This document shows positions 55,284 to 61,584 of a stretch of DNA of 64,000 nucleotides, in pieces. Made by a program: the position numbers and the translations under genes. Source of the DNA: a virus. Lineage: Duplodnaviria; Caudoviricetes. The DNA is taken from positions 1-64,000 of the IMG/VR virus record IMGVR_UViG_3300028888_000115. The stretch is one strand, 5' to 3'. Positions within the stretch are counted from its first letter, which is position 1, and each line of letters begins with the position of its first letter. The notes under the pieces are model-generated. The model had not been told where the DNA came from. It searched no databases and worked only from the letters and a program-made list of their open reading frames with translations.

Positions 55284-55360
55284 AGCCCTGTGGTGCAGTT
55301 GGTGAACACGTCGGCCTGTCACGCCGAAGATCGCGGGTTCAAGTCCCGTCAGGGTTGCCA
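55284..55360 (+). tRNA. tRNA-Asp(GUC)
   Basis: TCGGC-CTGTCAC-GCCGA; G73-CCA. Confidence 0.92.
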
Positions 55361-55364
55361 ATAC

Positions 55365-55660
55365 GTCTCATCTGAGCGTGGCACAACACAGCCTGTTGAC
55401 GCAAGGGCTGCACGGGCGAAATCAGATGCCGGGGCGGGGTTACATCCCACGGAGCGTCACCGTGCTCGCAGAAACGGACTCGGTATGTCCCAAACCATCG
55501 TGAGAGTATACCTTGGATGGCACAAAGCGTTTAGAAGTGCCCGATCAGCCTTCTGCGCGTATCCCGGACGGTCCGGGACCAAGGACTGTGAAGAGCGTGT
55601 TCGATTCCGCGAACTCGAAGGTTCGACTCCTGACAGTGCTGGTGCAATATCAGTCCTTTT
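55365..55660 (+). ncRNA. Candidate ~300-nt structured RNA with kissing loops
   Basis: Helices 55369-75/55422-28, 55467-73/55551-57, 55581-88/55651-58; loop-loop TGACGC/GCGTCA. Confidence 0.55.
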
Positions 55661-55666
55661 TCATAC

Positions 55667-55755
55667 GCGGAATGATGCCGTCCGGCGACGGCTGCGGCCT
55701 TGAAAACCGTGGGTAGCAGAGATGCTATGGGGGTCGGCACCTCCGTTCCGCGCCA
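55667..55755 (+). tRNA. tRNA-Ser(UGA), 8/4 fold
   Basis: 8-bp acceptor GCGGAATG/CGTTCCGC, 4-bp T stem, T loop GTCGGCA, 6-bp D stem, long V arm. Confidence 0.85.
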
Positions 55756-55758
55756 GAT

Positions 55759-55848
55759 GCAGTGTTGCCAGAGCGGTAATGGGCCCGCTTGGAAAGCGGA
55801 AGCCAGGTTGAGAAGCCTGCGAAGGTTCGATCCCTTCACGCTGCGCCA
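55759..55848 (+). tRNA. tRNA-Ser(GGA)
   Basis: Canonical 7/5 fold, loop TTGGAAA, long V arm, G73-CCA. Confidence 0.9.
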
Positions 55849-55851
55849 GAT

Positions 55852-55941
55852 GCTTCGTTATGCCGGACGGCTCCGGTCCTTGCCTCGAAAGCAGAGGGTG
55901 CCCGATGAGGGCATGGGGGTCGGCACCTCAGCGAAGCGCCA
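55852..55941 (+). tRNA. tRNA-Ser(CGA), 8/4 fold
   Basis: 8-bp acceptor GCTTCGTT/AGCGAAGC, 4-bp T stem, T loop GTCGGCA, 6-bp D stem. Confidence 0.85.
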
Positions 55942-55944
55942 CAT

Positions 55945-56019
55945 AGAGCTGTCGTCTAAGGGTAAGACACGAGGCTTTGACCCTCGTATGTGAAAGTTCG
56001 AGTCTTTCCGGCTCCGCCA
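55945..56019 (+). tRNA. tRNA-Gln(UUG)
   Basis: CGAGG-CTTTGAC-CCTCG; A1:C72 mismatch; CCA. Confidence 0.88.
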
Positions 56020-56023
56020 GTAT

Positions 56024-56109
56024 GGAAGAGTGGCCGAGTTGGTCAATGGCGGCGGACTGTAAATCCGTTGGCACTGCCTACACAGGTTCGAATCCTGTCT
56101 CTTCCACCA
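56024..56109 (+). tRNA. tRNA-Tyr(GUA)
   Basis: GGAAGAG/CTCTTCC; CTGTAAA loop; CCA. Confidence 0.93.
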
Positions 56110-56112
56110 CAA

Positions 56113-56189
56113 GGTCCCATCGACTAACAGGCAAGGTCACCAGCCTTTCACGCTGGCAATGCTCGGTTCAAATCCGGCTGGGATCACCA
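56113..56189 (+). tRNA. tRNA-Glu(UUC)
   Basis: CCAGC-CTTTCAC-GCTGG; CCA. Confidence 0.9.
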
Positions 56190-56192
56190 CAT

Positions 56193-56268
56193 GGGGTCGT
56201 AGCTCAGCTGGGAGAGCGCCTGCCTTGCAAGCAGGAGGCAGAGGGTCCGAGCCCCTCCGATTCCACCA
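56193..56268 (+). tRNA. tRNA-Ala(UGC)
   Basis: G3:U70; CTTGCAA loop; T loop TCCGAGC; CCA. Confidence 0.9.
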
Positions 56269-56271
56269 CAA

Positions 56272-56348
56272 GGTCTCTTCGTCTAAAAGGATAGGACGCA
56301 AGCCTCTCAAGCTTGTAATGCTGAGTTCAAGTCTCGCAGAGATCACCA
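56272..56348 (+). tRNA. tRNA-Glu(CUC)
   Basis: CAAGC-CTCTCAA-GCTTG; CCA. Confidence 0.9.
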
Positions 56349-56468
56349 GCACATCTGACCGCCGAGGACGCGTACTCGGGAGATACCCGCAGATAGACGG
56401 AGAAGAAGCGGGGCTGAGCGGCACGGTGCAGACCCGACACCCGCAGGGTCCATGCCGCAAGCGGGTAT
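56349..56468 (+). ncRNA. Candidate small structured RNA between tRNAs
   Basis: ATCTG/CAGAT, CCGAG/CTCGG, GCGGCA/TGCCGC, GACCC/GGGTC helices. Confidence 0.35.
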
Positions 56469-56470
56469 AT

Positions 56471-56547
56471 GGCTCATTAGCTCAGTTGGTTAGAGCGCAT
56501 GGCTGTTAACCATGATGTCGAAAGTTCGAGTCTTTCATGAGCCTCCA
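56471..56547 (+). tRNA. tRNA-Asn(GUU)
   Basis: CATGG-CTGTTAA-CCATG; followed by CCACCA. Confidence 0.92.
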
Positions 56548-56550
56548 CCA

Positions 56551-56840
56551 AGTGGCTGTGCTGCAGTGTTTGCATCGAAGCACCTCCTTTCGTAAATCCA
56601 CACGTCTGCTGGCCGTGCTTGCGCTACGGTTGTTGGATGAAACAAAGCAGAGCCGTGAACCGGAACAACGTGCGTACTGGGAACGCACGCCGGGAAATCG
56701 GCACAATACAGAACTGTTGGCTTTGATTCCTGACTTGTACCGAAGGCTTCGGTCCCACCGAGGCGATTGATGTAGGTAGCATCTGGGGCTCATGAAAGCC
56801 GCAGGCCCGATTAAAGCTCCGCGAGACGGGCTATCGGGCA
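56551..56840 (+). ncRNA. Candidate ~290-nt structured RNA with anti-SD segment
   Basis: GTGCT/AGCAC, CGTGCGT/ACGCACG, ACCGAA/TTCGGT, GCCCGAT/ATCGGGC; CACCTCCTTT at 56581. Confidence 0.45.
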
Positions 56841-56844
56841 ATAC

Positions 56845-56919
56845 AGGTTGGTGGTGTAATGGCAACATGCCGGTCTCCAAAACCGTGCGATCAGGGTTCG
56901 AGTCCTTGCCTTCCTGCCA
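56845..56919 (+). tRNA. tRNA-Trp(CCA)
   Basis: CTCCAAA loop; two U:U mismatches in acceptor stem; CCA. Confidence 0.85.
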
Positions 56920-56930
56920 AAAAAGAATAC

Positions 56931-57019
56931 GGAGCGTTGGCCGAGTTGGTAAGGCACCGGATTGCTAATCCGTGGTTAGGGGTAACTCTACGAATGTTCG
57001 AGTCATTCACGTTCCGCCA
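56931..57019 (+). tRNA. tRNA-Ser(GCU)
   Basis: TTGCTAA loop, long V arm, G73-CCA. Confidence 0.9.
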
Positions 57020-57021
57020 TT

Positions 57022-57486
57022 TCCGGGTAGCTGCCGGATGATGTCAGAGCAGATGCACCAGAGGCCTGACAGAGAATATGAATGGTAGACCGACCAAAGC
57101 GGGGCGGAAGCCCTGCACAAGGCCTATGGCGGTACTACAAGTGAGGGCAACGTCGAAGGAACGCGACTGATTTGTGCGGGATGGCAAACCCACAAAAAAG
57201 AACAAACACGCCCCGCTGCGGGTGACAGCACCAAAGGAAGCTGAGACGTCCGGTTTCCGGGTCTATCACTTAAAGCGGGGAATAGGCCGAATAAAACAGG
57301 AACTTGGCCGTAGGGCAGTGAAAGTGCGAATGCGTTGTAGCTGGCTGATGATGGCAGACAGAGCAAACGGCTGTAACGACAGGACGTGAGAATTAGCCGT
57401 CTACTGAAAGGGAAAGAAATCCCATCAAAGCTGTTTGCTCACAATTCTATATCGGATACCGTCATGCCGAAAGGTGTGGCGGTATC
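57022..57486 (+). ncRNA. Candidate large ornate ncRNA (~460 nt)
   Basis: Nested 9-bp helices 57083-91/57260-68, 57098-106/57209-17, 57112-20/57172-80; pseudoknot 57121-27/57281-87; 12-bp helix 57360-71/57428-39. Confidence 0.65.
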
Positions 57487-57509
57487 TTTGCTTTGGGGAG
57501 AGAGCAGAA

Positions 57510-57758
57510 ATGAGTAAGTCGAAGGATATTCGCACGCTCTGCGCCTCCTGCAGAGCAGAATACGAGGAAGCCGGATTTGAACTGATCAAAGTCTGGGTGA
57601 AAAACAAAGAGGAATGTGACTGGTGCCGCGTGAGACTGGGGTGGACCTATGAAATACGCGGAAAGAGACAACATCTTCGTAGCTCAGATGGCAAGAGCGC
57701 TGAATACTCCCAATTCAGGGGTCGCGAGTTCAAGTCTCGCCGAAGATGGACGCGATAG
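57510..57758 (+). CDS. Small Zn-binding protein reading through a tRNA-like gene
   Basis: RTLCASC..EECDWC..WTYEI; GGGGAG RBS. Confidence 0.6.
   Translation: MSKSKDIRTLCASCRAEYEEAGFELIKVWVKNKEECDWCRVRLGWTYEIRGKRQHLRSSDGKSAEYSQFRGREFKSRRRWTR
57673..57748 (+). tRNA. Deviant tRNA-Gly-like gene (9-nt anticodon loop, no CCA)
   Basis: ATCTTCG/CGAAGAT, GCTC/GAGC D stem, CTGAA-TACTCCCAA-TTCAG, GCGAG-TTCAAGT-CTCGC. Confidence 0.65.
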
Positions 57759-57896
57759 GCCGCAGTTTGCGGATTTTCTGCGGCGCTTTCATGTTAGTCG
57801 CTCCTCCGCCCCACGATTGCTGGCTGCTGCTTGGGAAGTAACAGTCGCGGGCAAACAAGCAATGCCGGTGGAAATCCGGCCTATTGACGAACCTAC

Positions 57897-57925
57897 AGCC
57901 TGCGGAAACGCGGGCTTTTTCTTTT
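57897..57925 (+). terminator. Terminator-like hairpin before ParB genes
   Basis: AGCCTGCG-GAAA-CGCGGGCT followed by TTTTCTTTT. Confidence 0.65.
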
Positions 57926-57934
57926 GGAGGAACT

Positions 57935-58408
57935 ATGGAACTGATTCAGGTCCCACTTGACCAACTGAAACCTTATCAAAACAACCCAAGATACAACGAT
58001 GACGCGATTGACGCGGTCGTCGAAAGCATTGATCAGGTCGGGTACATCACGCCGATTATCGTGGATGAAAACTGGCAGATCCTTGCCGGTCATTCCAGAT
58101 GGAAGTCGTTGAACGAACTGGGTGAGGACAAAATTGACGTCATCCTCGTCCCGGGACTGACCGAAGAGCAGAAGCGTAAATTCCGACTGCTGGACAACAA
58201 GACGGCGGAGATTGCGTCGTGGGATCTCGATAAGCTCCAAGAGGAACTGGAGATGGTCGATTTCGGCGGCTACGATTTCTGGTCAAAGGAACTGGAACAG
58301 ATGGCCGACAACCTGATCGCCGACAAGCCGAAGAAGAAAGTGATCATCTGCCCGAAGTGCGGAAAAGTTGTGCAGGGCTTGGTGGATATGGACCAATACG
58401 ACGAATGA
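57935..58408 (+). CDS. ParB/Srx N-terminal domain protein 1
   Basis: LKPYQNNPRYND..SIDQVGYITPIIVD..ILAGHSR..FRLLDNKTAE; CPKC tail. Confidence 0.88.
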   Translation: MELIQVPLDQLKPYQNNPRYNDDAIDAVVESIDQVGYITPIIVDENWQILAGHSRWKSLNELGEDKIDVILVPGLTEEQKRKFRLLDNKTAEIASWDLDKLQEELEMVDFGGYDFWSKELEQMADNLIADKPKKKVIICPKCGKVVQGLVDMDQYDE

Positions 58409-58409
58409 T

Positions 58410-58868
58410 ATGGAAAAACATCTTGTAACTATGAAACTGAGCGAGATTATTCCCTACAAGAATAATCCTCGTAAAAATAAAAGCGCGGTCAAGACCGTTG
58501 CGGAGAGCATTCGACAGACCGGATACAACAATCCGATTATTGTAGATGAGAACAAAGTGATTCTGGCCGGACACACAAGGCGTCTGAGCCTGATTCAGCA
58601 GGGAGTAGAAGAGGTGCAGGTGCTTCAGGTGCTTGGACTTTCTGAGACTGCCAAGAAAAAGTTCCGACTTCTGGACAACAAGGTCGGAGAGTTCGCGTCG
58701 TGGGACTACGTTGCTCTGACAGAGGAACTTGCAACGCTGGATTTTGGCGGTCTGGCTCTGGACTGGGGCATTGAGTTCAACATGGACGACGCGGAGCCGA
58801 AGGAAAAGAAAAAGAAGGAAAAGCCGGAGTATGTCTGCCCGGAGTGCGGTTTCCACTTCAAGGCCTGA
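58410..58868 (+). CDS. ParB/Srx N-terminal domain protein 2
   Basis: IIPYKNNPRKN..GYNNPIIVD..ILAGHTR..FRLLDNKVGE; CPEC tail. Confidence 0.88.
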   Translation: MEKHLVTMKLSEIIPYKNNPRKNKSAVKTVAESIRQTGYNNPIIVDENKVILAGHTRRLSLIQQGVEEVQVLQVLGLSETAKKKFRLLDNKVGEFASWDYVALTEELATLDFGGLALDWGIEFNMDDAEPKEKKKKEKPEYVCPECGFHFKA

Positions 58869-58877
58869 GGTCGAAAG

Positions 58878-59330
58878 ATGGTAGAACTGACACCGAGCTG
58901 CATGGACAGAAATCTGTTCATGAGAATGGCAAAGGATTATGTGGATACCCTCAGCCAATATGATCACGAAATCAAGTGGGATGAACTGGCTTGGGAACAA
59001 GGGATGTGGTACTCACAGTTTATTGTAGAGGACCGGACTGTGCAGGGATTCATACAGACTGAAATCGTCCCGTTCAACGTTTTTCCGAGTGCGTTTTATA
59101 TTGCTGAGTTCTATGTTGTTCCTGAGGCAAGGCACCGGCACATCGGTACGGAGGCCGTAAAGGCCGCTACTCAGTCGTGGAGCGGGGATGCGTTTTTATA
59201 TATCCTCGACAAAAATGTTCCGGCACGCTTCTTCTGGACCGATGTAGAGGCGGAACTTGGATGGAAGCGAATAGAAAGACCGGAGATCCGAAAAGAATCC
59301 GGATGTGAGCTCAGAGTGTACAAAACCTGA
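58878..59330 (+). CDS. GNAT-like acetyltransferase
   Basis: IAEFYVVPEARHRHIGT..ILDKNVPARFFW. Confidence 0.75.
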   Translation: MVELTPSCMDRNLFMRMAKDYVDTLSQYDHEIKWDELAWEQGMWYSQFIVEDRTVQGFIQTEIVPFNVFPSAFYIAEFYVVPEARHRHIGTEAVKAATQSWSGDAFLYILDKNVPARFFWTDVEAELGWKRIERPEIRKESGCELRVYKT

Positions 59331-59344
59331 AAGGATGAGAAAGC

Positions 59345-60478
59345 GTGGATGACATTGTAAAGAAATACCGCATGCGCCGAGATGCAAGGATTGCGGCCAA
59401 AAAAGCCCACGCGGACGACCAGTGGATCACAATGCGAGGAACGCATGTCCTGATAGACGACGGCGGGCAGGTATCAAAGGGGCCTGAAAAGCTGAAAAAC
59501 GTCGTGAAGCAGGGCGGCGGGTACAAGTCAAAAGCTGACCGGAAGTACGGAAGCAGCGACAAATACAGCAAGGCGATGAATAACGGCTGGAATGTGAAAC
59601 CAGCCGTGGAACAGACAAAAAGAGAACGAAGACCGCTTGCAGACATACACAAAGAGTTTGAAGACAACAGGTACCGTCTGGAAGACTCTTTGAAGAAACG
59701 CGACAAGGCCAAAGAAAACTATGAGATGAGCAATGGCAATTACGATTTGTACATGGATGATCCGGGAACGTCTGAAGAGTTCAAAGAGATGTTCCGGAAA
59801 GACCTTGCCATGACTCAGAAAAAATATCATGAAGCAAAGAGCGAAGTAGACCGGCTTTCGGAGAAAGACAGAGCCTTGAAAAAAGAACTGTCTGAAGAGC
59901 GCGACGCGGTCAAGAAAGAAGACCAAGCGGCAATCAGGTCCGGTCCTGTGGCATACGTCAGGTCTGAAAAAGTCGTTACGGCGATTCGCGGCAACGAGAG
60001 CTTGATCAGAAAGAAAGATTACGAAAAAGGAGCTTGCGTGGACAAAAACGGCAGACTCTTGTTTGAGGCAACTGACGGCAAAGCGAGTCAGATCGACCTT
60101 GAAGCGTATAAGGACAAACTGAAAGACACCGTGTTCACGCATAACCATCCCCGGGGTTCAACACTCAGCGTGGATGACGTCAGCTGTGCCGTCGCTCATG
60201 GAATGGCGGAAGTGAGGGCTTGTCATCGAGACGGTGCATACTCTCTTGTCAGGCAGTATTCGCTGGATGGCGAAAAGCCTGCAAATTACATGGACTTCGC
60301 TTGGGACTATCAGGAAAGCGTCGCAAAGTATGACCGCGAAGTTATCGATCCAATCTGGAGGCGTGGACCGCAGGTACAGGAAACTGCGGACAGGTGCAAT
60401 AAAATGTACGACGATTACCGCCGTCTGTGGCTGGAACTGAATTCGAAGAAATACGGATGGATTTATTCGGAGGAGTAG
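59345..60478 (+). CDS. Arg-tag protein 2 with C-terminal JAB/MPN-like domain
   Basis: VKKYRMRRDARIAAK N-terminus; YEKGACVD..G...FTHNHPRGSTLSVDD. Confidence 0.75.
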   Translation: MDDIVKKYRMRRDARIAAKKAHADDQWITMRGTHVLIDDGGQVSKGPEKLKNVVKQGGGYKSKADRKYGSSDKYSKAMNNGWNVKPAVEQTKRERRPLADIHKEFEDNRYRLEDSLKKRDKAKENYEMSNGNYDLYMDDPGTSEEFKEMFRKDLAMTQKKYHEAKSEVDRLSEKDRALKKELSEERDAVKKEDQAAIRSGPVAYVRSEKVVTAIRGNESLIRKKDYEKGACVDKNGRLLFEATDGKASQIDLEAYKDKLKDTVFTHNHPRGSTLSVDDVSCAVAHGMAEVRACHRDGAYSLVRQYSLDGEKPANYMDFAWDYQESVAKYDREVIDPIWRRGPQVQETADRCNKMYDDYRRLWLELNSKKYGWIYSEE

Positions 60479-60482
60479 GATC

Positions 60483-60620
60483 ATGAAATACACAAGGGAA
60501 GAACTGCAAAAAGGGGTCACGGTACTTGATAAGTCCGAGAAAGACTGCATTTATCGGGTCCCGACTCCTGAGAAGAAAAAACAACCGGAGAAGAAGACGG
60601 GCCGACCGGAAAGGACGTGA
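60483..60620 (+). CDS. Small basic protein
   Basis: GGAG RBS; 45 aa hand-translated. Confidence 0.45.
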   Translation: MKYTREELQKGVTVLDKSEKDCIYRVPTPEKKKQPEKKTGRPERT

Positions 60621-60624
60621 CAGC

Positions 60625-60801
60625 ATGGGACAGGCGAAACCGAAGATGGACGGAATTAAGGACAAATACCTCAATATCATCGAGCATGTCTACGGCATTC
60701 CGAGAATCCTTTTGGAAGACATGACCTATGACAAGATCGATGACTATGTCTACGACGAGCTGCAAAGGCGCGAAAGAGAAAAAGAAGCCGCCAAGAAGTG
60801 A
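60625..60801 (+). CDS. Small hypothetical protein
   Basis: AAGGA RBS; 58 aa. Confidence 0.5.
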   Translation: MGQAKPKMDGIKDKYLNIIEHVYGIPRILLEDMTYDKIDDYVYDELQRREREKEAAKK

Positions 60802-60903
60802 GGATGACTTGAGATGGATGAGCTTATGAACCTCATGAGAAAACATTGGAAGAAGATCCTCGGGGAAGAGGAGACGGAAAACGAGGAGTAAGAAAGAAAC
60901 GGC

Positions 60904-61560
60904 ATGAACATCGTAAAATCTGCAATTGTCATCGAAGACGGTCCGGAATACGACAAACTGCTCCAGAAGATCGAGCGGATCGGACGGACCTGCTACAAGA
61001 GCGAAGACCAAATCGGCATTGGGAGTGCCGAGAAATTTGTCAACCGCCTGATTGCGTCCGGTCACGAGTCGGTCATCGAACACGGGAGCATCACGGTGAG
61101 AGTAATCTGTGATCGTGGAGTCAGTCACGAGATTGTCCGGCACCGGCTGGCGAGCTACAGCCAAGAGAGTTCGAGATACTGCAACTACACGGCGGATAAG
61201 TTCGGAAACGAGATTACCGTCATTGATATAGCAACAGGTTTTCAATATGACCTGTCAAGTGAAAAAGACATCAAGAAATACCAGATCTGGACCCAAGCAA
61301 TGCTGGACGCGGAGAAGCACTACTTTGAGATGATCGAAGCCGGTGCAAAGCCGGAAGAGGCAAGAAGCGTGCTTCCGAACTCCACAAAGACAGAGATCGT
61401 CATGACGATGAATCTCAGAGAGTGGAGACACTACTTCCGGATGAGATGCAGCAGCAGGGCCCATCCGCAGATTATCGAAGTCAGCAAAATGATTCTCAAG
61501 GTCTTTGCGGAACGCTATCCTGCATTCTTTAGAGACCTTGCGCAGGAATACTCCGCCTGA
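60904..61560 (+). CDS. thyX: Flavin-dependent thymidylate synthase
   Basis: GHESVIEH; RGVSHEIVRHRLASYSQESSRY; ARSVLPNS; AHPQI. Confidence 0.95.
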   Translation: MNIVKSAIVIEDGPEYDKLLQKIERIGRTCYKSEDQIGIGSAEKFVNRLIASGHESVIEHGSITVRVICDRGVSHEIVRHRLASYSQESSRYCNYTADKFGNEITVIDIATGFQYDLSSEKDIKKYQIWTQAMLDAEKHYFEMIEAGAKPEEARSVLPNSTKTEIVMTMNLREWRHYFRMRCSSRAHPQIIEVSKMILKVFAERYPAFFRDLAQEYSA

Positions 61561-61584
61561 ATTGGCGTCAGCAGATACAATGAG

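Noticed and set aside
55667-55941. tRNA-Sec
   Set aside because: The 6-bp D stem and 8-bp acceptor are Sec-like, but the anticodons are UGA and CGA (Ser), not UCA, and the T stem is 4 bp
55365-56840. tmRNA, RNase P RNA or SRP RNA
   Set aside because: Signature segments (tmRNA tRNA-like ends, GAGGAAAGUCC, SRP GGAA domain) not found; ACAGAAC..GGCTT at 56708 is only a partial resemblance
55137-57078. TIGR array (box C/D-like words)
   Set aside because: Only two separated copies, no tandem array and no recognisable Nop-domain protein
55133-57080. Theta/HDV-like ribozymes 3' of tRNAs
   Set aside because: I could not build the HDV nested double pseudoknot (P1, P3-L3, P1.1, J4/2 C) from the sequences following the tRNAs
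55290-57389. ORF-track CDS calls across the tRNA array, and 48468 as start of the HD gene
   Set aside because: They overlap tRNAs or structured RNA and lack RBSs; the HD gene starts at 48657
56640-57486. Group I or group II intron
   Set aside because: GAGCCGTG..CGCACG only loosely recalls domain V; no GUGYG 5' end, no group I P/Q/R/S motifs, no interrupted host gene, no maturase
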